A stretch of 64,000 bases of DNA from Auanema rhodensis (Eukaryota > Animalia > Nematoda): contig OZ059895.1 in NCBI GenBank assembly GCA_964057225.1, positions 19,468,001-19,532,000 on the forward strand, written 5' to 3'. The notes under the pieces are model-generated. The model searched no databases. It was not told the origin of the DNA and was given only the letters and a program-made list of their open reading frames with translations. Positions 1 through 14,600 of this stretch are shown here, in pieces. The translations under genes were made by a program, and so were the position numbers. Within the stretch, counting starts at the first letter, position 1. Each line of letters begins with the position of its first letter.

Positions 1-3000
1 AATTTTGAAAACCACATCTCTTTATCTTTCACGTGAAGCGAGTTACATACCAAGTGCACATCACTTGTACATTGAATTAGCATAAATTAAAGTTCACATA
101 AATTTCAAAGTCATGGTTACCATGCACCAATATCAATAACAATTTGTTATTAGACTAATATGGACATGGGGAATCTAATTTTGAAAACCACATCTCTTTA
201 TCTTCCACGTGAAGCGAGTTACATACCAAGTGCACATCACGTGTACATTTAATTAGCATAAATTAAAGTTCACGTAAATTTCAAAGTCATGGTTACCATG
301 CACCAATATCAATAAAAACTTGTTTTTAGACTAATATGGACATGGGGAATCTATTTTTGAAAACCGCATCTCTTCATCTTTCACGTGAAGCGAGTTACAT
401 ACCAAGTGCACATCACGTGTACATTGAATTAGCATAAATTAAAGTTCACGTAAATTTCAAAGTCATGGTTAACATGCACCAATATCAATAAAAATTTGTT
501 TTTAGACTAATATGGACATGGAGAATCTAATTTTGAAAACCACATCTCTTTATCTTTCACGTGAAGCGAGTTACATACCAAGTGCACATCACGTGTACAT
601 TGAATTAGCATAAATTAAAGTTCACGTAAATTTCAAAGTCATGGTTACCATGCACCAATATCAATAAAAATTTGTTTTTAGACTAATATGGACATGGAGA
701 ATCTAATTTTGAAAACCGCATCTCTTTATCTTTCACGTGAAGCGAGTTACATACCAAGTGCACATCAGGTGTACATTTAATTAGCATAAATTAAAGTTCA
801 CGTAAATCTCAAAGTCATGGTTAACATGCACCAATATCAATAAAAGTTTGTTTTTAGACTAATATGGACATGGGGAATCTAATTTTGAAAACCGCATCTC
901 TTTATCTTTCACGTGAAGCGAGTTACATACCAAGTGCACATCACGTGTACATTTAATTAGCATAAATTAAAGTTCACGTAAATTTCAAAGTGATGGTTAA
1001 CATGCACCAATATCAACAAAAATTTTTTTTAGACTAATATGGACATGGGGAATCTAATTTTGAAAACCGCATCTCTTTCTCTTTGACGTGAAGCGAGTTA
1101 CATACCAAGTGCACATCACGTGTACACTTAATTAGCACAAATTAAAGTTCACGTAAATTTCAAAGTCATGGTTACCATGCACCAATATCAATAAAAATCT
1201 GTTTTTAGACTAATATGGACATGGGGAATCTAATTTTGAAAACCACACCTCTTTATCTTTCACGTGAAGCGAGTTACATACCAAGTGCACATCACGTGTA
1301 CATTGAATTAGCATAAATTAAAGTTCACGTAAATTTCAAAGTCATGGTTACCATGCACCAATATCAATAAAAATTTGTTTTTAGACTAATATGGACATGG
1401 GGAATCTAATTTTGAAAACCACATCTCTTTATCTTTCACGTGAAGCGAGTTACATACCAAGTGCACATCACGTGTATATTTAATTAGCATAAATTAAAGT
1501 TCACGTAAATTTCAAAGTCATGGTTAACATGCACCAATATCAATAAAAACTTGTTTTTAGACTAATATGGACATGGGGAATCTATTTTTGAAAACCGCAT
1601 CTCTTCATCTTTCACGTGAAGCGAGTTACATACCAAGTGCACATCACGTGTACACTTAATTAGCATAAATTAAAGTTCACGTAAATTTCGAAGTCATGGT
1701 TAACATGCACCAATATCAATAAAAATTTGTTTTTAGACTAATATGGACATGGGGAATCTAATTTTGAAAACCGCATCTCTTTATCTTTCACGTGAAGCGA
1801 GTTACATACCAAGTGCACATCACGTGTACATTTAATTAGCATAAATTAAAGTTCACGTAAATTTCAAAGTCATGGTTACCATGCACCAATATCAATAAAA
1901 ATTTGTTTTTAGACTAATATGGACATGGGGAATCTATTTTTAAAAACCGCATCTCTTCATCTTTCACGTGAAGCGAGTTACATACCAAGTGCACATCACG
2001 TGTACACTTAATTAGCATAAATTAAAGTTCACGTAAATTTCAAAGTCATGGTTACCATGCACCAATATCAATAAAAATTTGTTTTTAGACTAATATGGAC
2101 ATGGGGAATCTATTTTTGAAAACCGCATCTCTTCATCTTTCACGTGAAACGAGTTACATACCAAGTGCACATCACGTGTACATTGAATTAGCATAAATTA
2201 AAGTTCACGTAAATTTCAAAGTCATGGTTACCATGCACCAATATCAATAAACATTTGTTTTTAGACTAATATGGACATGGGGAATCTAATTTTGAAAACC
2301 GCATCTCTTCATCTTTCACGTGAAGCGAGTTACATATCAAGTGCACATCACGTGTACATTGAATTAGCATAAATTAAAGTTCACATAAATTTCAAAGTCA
2401 TGGTTACCATGCACCAATATCAATAACAATTTGTTATTAGACTAATATGGACATGGGGAATCTAATTTTGAAAACCACATCTCTTTATCTTCCACGTGAA
2501 GCGAGTTACATACCAAGTGCACATCACGTGTACATTTAATTAGCATAAATTAAAGTTCACGTAAATTTCAAAGTCATGGTTACCATGCACCAATATCAAT
2601 AAAAACTTGTTTTTAGACTAATATGGACATGGGGAATCTATTTTTGAAAACCGCATCTCTTCATCTCTCACGTGAAGCGAGTTACATACCAAGTGCACAT
2701 CACGTGTACATTGAATTAGCATAAATTAAAGTTCACGTAAATTTCAAAGTCATGGTTAACATGCACCAATATCAATAAAAATTTGTTTTTAGACTAATAT
2801 GGACATGGGGAATCTATTTTTAAAAACCGCATCTCTTCATCTTTCACGTGAAGCGAGTTACATACCAAGTGCACATCACGTGTACACTTAATTAGCATAA
2901 ATTAAAGTTCACGTAAATTTCAAAGTCATGGTTACCATGCACCAATATCAATAAAAATTTGTTTTTAGACTAATATGGACATGGGGAATCTAATTTTGAA

Positions 3001-6000
3001 AACCGCATCTCTTTATCTTTCACGTGAAGCGAGTTACATACCAAGTGCACATCACGTGTACATTTAATTAGCATAAATTAAAGTTCACGTAAATTTCAAA
3101 GTCATGGTTACCATGCACCAATATCAATAAAAATTTGTTTTTAGACTAATATGGACATGGGGAATCTATTTTTAAAAACCGCATCTCTTCATCTTTCACG
3201 TGAAGCGAGTTACATACCAAGTGCACATCACGTGTACACTTAATTAGCATAAATTAAAGTTCACGTAAATTTCAAAGTCATGGTTACCATGCACCAATAT
3301 CAATAAAAATTTGTTTTTAGACTAATATGGACATGGGGAATCTATTTTTGAAAACCGCATCTCTTCATCTTTCACGTGAAACGAGTTACATACCAAGTGC
3401 ACATCACGTGTACATTTAATTAGCATAAATTAAAGTTCACGTAAATTTCAAAGTGATGGTTAACATGCACCAATATCAACAAAAATTTTTTTTAGACTAA
3501 TATGGACATGGGGAATCTAATTTTGAAAACCGCATCTCTTCATCTTTCACGTGAAACGAGTTACATACCAAGTGCACATCACGTGTACACTTAATTAGCA
3601 TAAATTAAAGTTCACGTAAATTTCAAAGTCATGGTTAACATGCACCAATATCAATAAAAATTTGTTTTTAGACTAATATGGACATGGGGAATCTAATTTT
3701 GAAAACCACATCTCTTTATCTTTCACGTGAAGCGAGTTACATACCAAGTGCACATCACGTGTACATTGAATTAGCATAAATTAAAGTTCACATAAATTTC
3801 AAAGTCATGGTTACCATGCACCAATATCAATAACAATTTGTTATTAGACTAATATGGACATGGGGAATCTAATTTTGAAAACCACATCTCTTTATCTTCC
3901 ACGTGAAGCGAGTTACATACCAAGTGCACATCACGTGTACATTTAATTAGCATAAATTAAAGTTCACGTAAATTTCAAAGTCATGGTTAACATGCACCAA
4001 TATCAATAAAAATTTGTTTTTAGACTAATATGGACATGGGGAATCTATTTTTAAAAACCGCATCTCTTCATCTTTCACGTGAAGCGAGTTACATACCAAG
4101 TGCACATCACGTGTACACTTAATTAGCATAAATTAAAGTTCACGTAAATTTCAAAGTCATGGTTACCATGCACCAATATCAATAAAAATTTGTTTTTAGA
4201 CTAATATGGACATGGGGAATCTATTTTTAAAAACCGCATCTCTTCATCTTTCACGTGAAGCGAGTTACATACCAAGTGCACATCACGTGTACACTTAATT
4301 AGCATAAATTAAAGTTCACGTAAATTTCAAAGTCATGGTTAACATGCACCAATATCAATAAAAATTTGTTTTTAGACTAATATGGACATGGGGAATCTAA
4401 TTTTGAAAACCGCATCTCTTTATCTTTCACGTGAAGCGAGTTACATACCAAGTGCACATCACGTGTACATTTAATTAGCATAAATTAAAGTTCACGTAAA
4501 TTTCAAAGTCATGGTTACCATGCACCAATATCAATAAAAATTTGTTTTTAGACTAATATGGACATGGGGAATCTATTTTTAAAAACCGCATCTCTTCATC
4601 TTTCACGTGAAGCGAGTTACATACCAAGTGCACATCACGTGTACACTTAATTAGCATAAATTAAAGTTCACGTAAATTTCAAAGTCATGGTTACCATGCA
4701 CCAATATCAATAAAAATTTGTTTTTAGACTAATATGGACATGGGGAATCTATTTTTGAAAACCGCATCTCTTCATCTTTCACGTGAAACGAGTTACATAC
4801 CAAGTGCACATCACGTGTACATTTAATTAGCATAAATTAAAGTTCACGTAAATTTCAAAGTGATGGTTAACATGCACCAATATCAACAAAAATTTTTTTT
4901 AGACTAATATGGACATGGGGAATCTAATTTTGAAAACCGCATCTCTTCATCTTTCACGTGAAACGAGTTACATACCAAGTGCACATCACGTGTACACTTA
5001 ATTAGCATAAATTAAAGTTCACGTAAATTTCAAAGTCATGGTTAACATGCACCAATATCAATAAAAGTTTGTTTTTAGACTAATATGGACATGGGGAATC
5101 TAATTTTGAAAACCACATCTCTTTATCTTTCACGTGAAGCGAGTTACATACCAAGTGCACATCACGTGTACATTGAATTAGCATAAATTAAAGTTCACAT
5201 AAATTTCAAAGTCATGGTTACCATGCACCAATATCAATAACAATTTGTTATTAGACTAATATGGACATGGGGAATCTAATTTTGAAAACCACATCTCTTT
5301 ATCTTCCACGTGAAGCGAGTTACATACCAAGTGCACATCACGTGTACATTTAATTAGCATAAATTAAAGTTCACGTAAATTTCAAAGTCATGGTTAACAT
5401 GCACCAATATCAATAAAAATTTGTTTTTAGACTAATATGGACATGGAGAATCTAATTTTGAAAACCACATCTCTTTATCTTTCACGTGAACCGAGTTACA
5501 TACCAAGTGCACATCACGTGTACATTGAATTAGCATAAATTAAAGTTCACGTAAATTTCAAAGTCATGGTTACCATGCACCAATATCAATAAAAATTTGT
5601 TTTTAGACTAATATGGACATGGGGAATCTAATTTTGAAAACCGCATCTCTTTATCTTTCACGTGAAGCGAGTTACATACCAAGTGCACATCAGGTGTACA
5701 TTTAATTAGCATAAATTAAAGTTCACGTAAATCTCAAAGTCATGGTTAACATGCACCAATATCAATAAAAGTTTGTTTTTAGACTAATATGGACATGGGG
5801 AATCTAATTTTGAAAACCGCATCTCTTTATCTTTCACGTGAAGCGAGTTACATACCAAGTGCACATCACGTGTACATTTAATTAGCATAAATTAAAGTTC
5901 ACGTAAATTTCAAAGTGATGGTTAACATGCACCAATATCAACAAAAATTTTTTTTAGACTAATATGGACATGGGGAATCTAATTTTGAAAACCGCATCTC

Positions 6001-8690
6001 TTTCTCTTTGACGTGAAGCGAGTTACATACCAAGTGCACATCACGTGTACACTTAATTAGCACAAATTAAAGTTCACGTAAATTTCAAAGTCATGGTTAC
6101 CATGCACCAATATCAATAAAAATCTGTTTTTAGACTAATATGGACATGGGGAATCTAATTTTGAAAACCACACCTCTTTATCTTTCACGTGAAGCGAGTT
6201 ACATACCAAGTGCACATCACGTGTACACTTAATTAGCACAAATTAAAGTTCACGTAAATTTCAAAGTCATGGTTACCATGCACCAATATCAATAAAAATC
6301 TGTTTTTAGACTAATATGGACATGGGGAATCTAATTTTGAAAACCACATCTCTTTATCTTTCACGTGAAGCGAGTTACATACCAAGTGCACATCACGTGT
6401 ACATTGAATTAGCATAAATTAAAGTTCACATAAATTTCAAAGTCATGGTTACCATGCACCAATATCAATAACAATTTGTTATTAGACTAATATGGACATG
6501 GGGAATCTAATTTTGAAAACCACATCTCTTTATCTTCCACGTGAAGCGAGTTACATACCAAGTGCACATCACGTGTACATTTAATTAGCATAAATTAAAG
6601 TTCACGTAAATTTCAAAGTCATGGTTACCATGCACCAATATCAATAAAAACTTGTTTTTAGACTAATATGGACATGGGGAATCTATTTTTGAAAACCGCA
6701 TCTCTTCATCTTTCACGTGAAGCGAGTTACATACCAAGTGCACATCACGTGTACATTGAATTAGCATAAATTAAAGTTCACGTAAATTTCAAAGTCATGG
6801 TTAACATGCACCAATATCAATAAAAATTTGTTTTTAGACTAATATGGACATGGAGAATCTAATTTTGAAAACCACATCTCTTTATCTTTCACGTGAAGCG
6901 AGTTACATACCAAGTGCACATCACGTGTACATTGAATTAGCATAAATTAAAGTTCACGTAAATTTCAAAGTCATGGTTACCATGCACCAATATCAATAAA
7001 AATTTGTTTTTAGACTAATATGGACATGGGGAATCTAATTTTGAAAACCGCATCTCTTTATCTTTCACGTGAAGCGAGTTACATACCAAGTGCACATCAG
7101 GTGTACATTTAATTAGCATAAATTAAAGTTCACGTAAATCTCAAAGTCATGGTTAACATGCACCAATATCAATAAAAGTTTGTTTTTAGACTAATATGGA
7201 CATGGGGAATCTAATTTTGAAAACCGCATCTCTTTATCTTTCACGTGAAGCGAGTTACATACCAAGTGCACATCACGTGTACATTTAATTAGCATAAATT
7301 AAAGTTCACGTAAATTTCAAAGTGATGGTTAACATGCACCAATATCAACAAAAATTTTTTTTAGACTAATATGGACATGGGGAATCTAATTTTGAAAACC
7401 GCATCTCTTTCTCTTTGACGTGAAGCGAGTTACATACCAAGTGCACATCACGTGTACACTTAATTAGCACAAATTAAAGTTCACGTAAATTTCAAAGTCA
7501 TGGTTACCATGCACCAATATCAATAAAAATCTGTTTTTAGACTAATATGGACATGGGGAATCTAATTTTGAAAACCACACCTCTTTATCTTTCACGTGAA
7601 GCGAGTTACATACCAAGTGCACATCACGTGTACATTGAATTAGCATAAATTAAAGTTCACGTAAATTTCAAAGTCATGGTTACCATGCACCAATATCAAT
7701 AAAAATTTGTTTTTAGACTAATATGGACATGGGGAATCTAATTTTGAAAACCACATCTCTTTATCTTTCACGTGAAGCGAGTTACATACCAAGTGCACAT
7801 CACGTGTATATTTAATTAGCATAAATTAAAGTTCACGTAAATTTCAAAGTCATGGTTAACATGCACCAATATCAATAAAAACTTGTTTTTAGACTAATAT
7901 GGACATGGGGAATCTATTTTTGAAAACCGCATCTCTTCATCTTTCACGTGAAGCGAGTTACATACCAAGTGCACATCACGTGTACACTTAATTAGCATAA
8001 ATTAAAGTTCACGTAAATTTCGAAGTCATGGTTAACATGCACCAATATCAATAAAAATTTGTTTTTAGACTAATATGGACATGGGGAATCTAATTTTGAA
8101 AACCGCATCTCTTTATCTTTCACGTGAAGCGAGTTACATACCAAGTGCACATCACGTGTACATTTAATTAGCATAAATTAAAGTTCACGTAAATTTCAAA
8201 GTCATGGTTACCATGCACCAATATCAATAAAAATTTGTTTTTAGACTAATATGGACATGGGGAATCTATTTTTAAAAACCGCATCTCTTCATCTTTCACG
8301 TGAAGCGAGTTACATACCAAGTGCACATCACGTGTACACTTAATTAGCATAAATTAAAGTTCACGTAAATTTCAAAGTCATGGTTACCATGCACCAATAT
8401 CAATAAAAATTTGTTTTTCGACTAATATGGACATGGGGAATCTATTTTTGAAAACCGCATCTCTTCATCTTTCACGTGAAACGAGTTACATACCAAGTGC
8501 ACATCACGTGTACATTGAATTAGCATAAATTAAAGTTCACGTAAATTTCAAAGTCATGGTTACCATGCACCAATATCAATAAAAATTTGTTTTTAGACTA
8601 ATATGGACATGGGGAATCTAATTTTGAAAACCGCATCTCTTCATCTTTCACGTGAAGCGAGTTACATATCAAGTGCACATCACGTGTACA
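1..8690 (+). repeat. Block of about 13 monomers (1-~2355) repeated at 6333-~8690; offset 6332 = 36 monomers
   Basis: Rare variant CATCAGGT at 768 and 7100. The variants TCACATA, AATAACAATTTGTTATT, CTTCCACG, GTGATGG, AGCACAAA, CACACCTC, GTGTATAT and TTCGAAG occur in the same order in both copies. Confidence 0.9.
2770..5442 (+). repeat. Near-tandem 8-monomer duplication; offset 1407
   Basis: TCAACAAA variant at 3480 and 4887 with matching flanking monomer haplotypes (TTTTTAAAAACC, GAAACGAG, TCACATA, CTTCCACG). Confidence 0.8.
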
Positions 8691-8699
8691 CTTAATTAG

Positions 8700-11600
8700 C
8701 ATAAATTAAAGTTCACGTAAATTTCAAAGTCATGGTTAACATGCACCAATATCAATAAAAATTTGTTTTTAGACTAATATGGACATGGGGAATCTAATTT
8801 TGAAAACCGCATCTCTTTATCTTTCACGTGAAGCGAGTTACATACCAAGAGCACATCACGTGTACATTTAATTAGCATAAATTAAAGTTCACGTAAATTT
8901 CAAAGTCATGGTTACCATGCACCAATATCAATAAAAATTTGTTTTTAGACTAATATGGACATGGGGAATCTAATTTTGAAAACCACATCTCTTTATCTTT
9001 CACGTGAAGCGAGTTACATACCAAGTGCACATCACGTGTACACTTAATTAGCATAAATTAAAGTTCACGTAAATTTCAAAGTCATGGTTACCATGCACCA
9101 ATATCAATAAAAATTTGTTATTAGACTAATATGGACATGGGGAATCTAATATTGGAAACCGCATCTCTTTATCTTTCACGTGAAGCGAGTCACATACCAA
9201 GTGCACATCACGTGTACATTTAATTAGCATAAATTAAAGTTCACGTAAATTTCAAAGTCATGTTTACCATGCACCAATATCAATAAAAATCTGTTTTTAG
9301 ACTAATATGGACATGGGGAATCTAATTTTGAAAACCACATCTCTTTATCTTTCACGTGAAGCGAGTTACATACCAAGTGCACATCACGTGTACATTGAAT
9401 TAGCATAAACTAAAGTTCACGTAAATTTCAAAGTCATGGTTACCATGCACCAATATCAATAAAAATTTGTTTTTAGACTAATATGGACATGGGGAATCTA
9501 ATTTTGAAAACCACATCTCTTTATCTTTCACGTGAAGCGAGTTACATACCAAGTGCACATCACGTGTATATTTAATTAGCATAAATTAAAGTTCACGTAA
9601 ATTTCAAAGTCATGGTTACCATGCACCAATATCAATAAAAATTTGTTATTAGACTAATATGGACATGGGGAATCTAATATTGGAAACCGCATCTCTTTAT
9701 CTTTCACGTGAAGCGAGTTACATACCAAGTGCACATCACGTGTACATTTAATTAGCATAAATTAGAGTTCACGTAAATTTCAAAGTCATGGTTACCATGC
9801 ACCAATATCAATAAAAATTTGTTTTTAGACTAATATGGACATGGGGAATCTATTTTTAAAAACCGCATCTCTTCATCTTTCACGTGAAGCGAGTTACATA
9901 CCAAGTGCACATCACGTGTACACTTAATTAGCATAAATTAAAGTTCACGTAAATTTCAAAGTCATGGTTACCATGCACCAATATCAATAAAAATTTGTTT
10001 TTAGACTAATATGGACATGGGGAATCTATTTTTGAAAACCGCATCTCTTCATCTTTCACGTGAAACGAGTTACATACCAAGTGCACATCACGTGTACATT
10101 GAATTAGCATAAATTAAAGTTCACGTAAATTTCAAAGTCATGGTTACCATGCACCAATATCAATAAAAATTTGTTTTTAGACTAATATGGACATGGGGAA
10201 TCTAATTTTGAAAACCGCATCTCTTTATCTTTCACGTGAAGCGAGTTACATACCAAGTGCACATCACGTGTACACTTAATTAGCATAAATTAAAGTTCAC
10301 GTAAATTTCGAAGTCATGGTTAACATGCACCAATATCAATAAAAATTTGTTTTTAGACTAATATGGACATGGGGAATCTAATTTTGAAAACCGCATCTCT
10401 TTATCTTTCACGTGAAGCGAGTTACATACCAAGTGCACATCACGTGTACATTTAATTAGCATAAATTAAAGTTCACGTAAATTTCAAAGTCATGGTTACC
10501 ATGCACCAATATCAATAAAAATTTGTTTTTAGACTAATATGGACATGGGGAATCTAATTTTGAAAACCACATCTCTTTATCTTTCACGTGAAGCGAGTTA
10601 CATACCAAGTGCACATCACGTGTATATATAATTAGCATAAATTAAAGTTCACGTAAATTTCAAAGTCATGGTTACCATACACCGATATCAATAATGTTAT
10701 GGTTTTAGACTAATATGGACACGGGGAATCTATTTTTGAAAACCGCATCTCTTCATCTTTCACGTGAAACGAGTTACATACCAAGTGCACATCACGTGTA
10801 CATTTAATTAGCATAAATTAAAGTTCACGTAAATTTCAAAGTCATGGTTACCATGCACCAATATCAATAAAAATTTGTTTTTAGACTAATATGGACATGG
10901 GGAATCTAATTTTGAAAACCGCATCTCTTTATCTTTCACGTGAAGCGAGTTACATACCAAGTGCACATCACGTGTACATTGAATTAGCATAAATTAAAGT
11001 TCACGTAAATTTCAAAGTCATGGTTACCATGCACCAATATCAATAAAAACTTGTTTTTAGACTAATATGGACATGGGGAATCTATTTTTGAAAACCGCAT
11101 CTCTTCATCTTTCACGTGAAGCGAGTTACATACCAAGTGCACATCAAGTGTACATTTAATTAGCATAAATTAAAGTTCACGTGAATTTCAAAGTCATGGT
11201 TACCATGCACCAATATCAATAAAAATTTGTTTTAAGACTAATATGGACATGAGAAATCTAATTTTGAAAACCGCATCTCTTCATCTTTCACGTGAAGCGA
11301 GTTACATATCAAGTGCACGTCACGTGTACACTCAATTAGCATAAATTAAAGTTCACGTAAATTTCAAAGTCATGGTTAACATGCACCAATATCAATAAAA
11401 ATTTGTTTTTAGACTAATATGGACATGGGGAATCTATTTTTGAAAACCGCATCTCTTCATCTTTGACGTGAAGCGAGTTACATACCAAGTGCACATCACG
11501 TGTACATTTAATTAGCATAAATTGAAGTTCACGTAAATTTCAAAGTCATGGTTAACATGCACCAATATCAATAAAAATTTGTTTTTAGACTAATATGGAC

Positions 11601-14600
11601 ATGGGGAATCTATTTTTGAAAACCACATCTCTTTATCTTTCACGTGAAGCGAGTTACATACCAAGTGCACATCACGTGTACATTTAATTAGCATAAATTG
11701 AAGTTCACGTAAATTTCAAAGTCATGGTTACCATGCACCAATATCAATAAAAACTTGTTTTTAGACTAATATGGACATGGGGAATCTATTTTTGAAAACC
11801 GCATCTCTTCATCTTTCACGTGAAGCGAGTTACATACCAAGTGCACATCACGTGTACACTTAATTAGCATAAATTAAAGTTCACGTAAATTTCGAAGTCA
11901 TGGTTAACATGCACCAATATCAATAAAAATTTGTTTTTAGACTAATATGGACATGGGGAATCTAATTTTGAAAACCGCATCTCTTTATCTTTCACGTGAA
12001 GCGAGTTACATACCAAGTGCACATCACGTGTACATTTAATTAGCATAAATTAAAGTTCACGTGAATTTCAAAGTCATGGTTACCATGCACCAATATCAAT
12101 AAAAATTTGTTTTAAGACTAATATGGACATGAGAAATCTAATTTTGAAAACCGCATCTCTTCATCTTTCACGTGAAGCGAGTTACATATCAAGTGCACAT
12201 CACGTGTACACTTAATTAGCATAAATTAAAGTTCACGTAAATTTCAAAGTCATGGTTAACATGCACCAATATCAATAAAAATTGTTTTTAGACTAATATG
12301 GACATGGGGAATCTAATTTTGAAAACCGCATCTCTTTATCTTTCACGTGAAGCGAGTTACATACCAAGTGCACATCACGTGTACATTTAATTAGCATAAA
12401 TTAAAGTTCACGTAAATTTCAAAGTCATGGTTACCATGCACCAATATCAATAAAAATTTGTTTTAAGACTAATATGGACATGAGAAATCTAATTTTGAAA
12501 ACCGCATCTCTTCATCTTTCACGTGAAGCGAGTTACATATCAAGTGCACATCACGTGTACACTTAATTAGCATAAATTAAAGTTCACGTAAATTTCAAAG
12601 TCATGGTTAACATGCACCAATATCAATAAAAATTTGTTTTTAGACTAATATGGACATGTGGAATCTCATTTTGAAAACCACATCTCTTTATCTTTCACGT
12701 GAAGCGAGTTACATACCAAGTGCACATCACGTGTACATTTAATTAGCATAAATTAAAGTTCACGTAAATTTCAAAGTCATGGTTAACATGCACCAATATC
12801 AATAAAAATTTGTTTTTAGACTAATATGGACATGGGAAATCTAATTTTGAAAACCGCATCTCTTTATCTTTCACGTGAAGCGAGTTACATACCAAGTGCA
12901 CATCACGTGTACATTGAATTAGCATAAATTAAAGTTCACGTAAATTTCAAAGTCATGGTTACCATGCACCAATATCAATAAAAATTTGTTATTAGACTAA
13001 TATGGACATAGGGAATCTAATTTTGAAAACCACATCTCTTTATCTTCCACGTGAAGCGAGTTACATACCAAGTGCACATCACGTGTACATTTAATTAGCA
13101 TAAATTAAAGTTCACGTAAATTTCAAAGTCATGGTTACCATGCACCAATATCAATAAAAACTTGTTTTTAGACTAATATGGACATGGGGAATCTAATTTT
13201 GAAAACCGCATCTCTTTATCTTTCACGTGAAGCGAGTTACATACCAAGTGCACATCAAGTGTACATTTAATTAGCTTAAATTAAAGTTCACGTAAATTTC
13301 AAAGTCATGGTTACCATGCACCAATATCAATAAAAATTTGTTTTTAGACTAATATGGACATGGGGAATCTAATTTTGAAAACCACATCTCTTTATCTTTC
13401 ACGTGAAGCGAGTTACATACCAAGTGCACATCACGTGTACATTGAATTAGCATAAATTAAAGTTCACGTAAATTTCAAAGTCATGGTTAACATGCACCAA
13501 TATCAATAAAAATTTGTTTTTAGACTAGTATGGACATGGGGAATCTAATTTTGAGAACCGCATCTCTTTATCTTTCACGTGAAGCGAGTTACATACCAAG
13601 TGCACATCACGTGTACATTTAATTAGCATAAATTAAAGTTCACGTAAATTTCAAAGTCATGGTTACCATGCACCAATATCAATAAAAATTTGTTTTAAGA
13701 CTAATATGGACATGAGAAATCTAATTTTGAAAACCGCATCTCTTCATCTTTCACGTGAAGCGAGTTACATATCAAGTGCACATCACGTGTACACTTAATT
13801 AGCATAAATTAAAGTTCACGTAAATTTCAAAGTCATGGTTAACATGCACCAATATCAATAAAAATTTGTTTTTAGACTAATATGGACATGGGGAATCTAA
13901 TTTTGAAAACCACATCTCTTTATCTTTCACGTGAAGCGAGTTACATACCAAGTGCACATCACGTGTTCATTTAATTAGCATAAATTAAAGTTCACGTAAA
14001 TTTCAAAGTCATGGTTAACATGCACCAATATCAATAAAAATTTGTTTTTAGACTAATATGGACATGGGGAATCTAATTTTGAAAACCGCATCTCTTTATC
14101 TTTCACGTGAAGCGAGTTACATACCAAGTGCACATCACGTGTACATTTAATTAGCATAAATTAAAGTTCACGTAAATTTCAAAGTCATGGTTACCATGCA
14201 CCAATATCAATAAAAATTTGTTTTTAGACTAATATGGACATGGGGAATCTAATTTTGAAAACCACATCTCTTTATCTTTCACGTGAAGCGAGTTACATAC
14301 CAAGTGCACATCACGTGTACACTTAATTAGCATAAATTAAAGTTCACGTAAATTTCAAAGTCATGGTTACCATGCACCAATATCAATAAAAATTTGTTAT
14401 TAGACTAATATGGACATGGGGAATCTAATATTGGAAACCGCATCTCTTTATCTTTCACGTGAAGCGAGTCACATACCAAGTGCACATCACGTGTACATTT
14501 AATTAGCATAAATTAAAGTTCACGTAAATTTCAAAGTCATGTTTACCATGCACCAATATCAATAAAAATCTGTTTTTAGACTAATATGGACATGGGGAAT

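Noticed and set aside
1-176. An 11-bp internal subrepeat (176 = 16 x 11; AGTTACAT, AGTGCACAT, GTGTACAT, AGTTCACGT, AGTCAT)
   Set aside because: Similar short words recur, but their spacing is irregular and I cannot show periodicity by eye.
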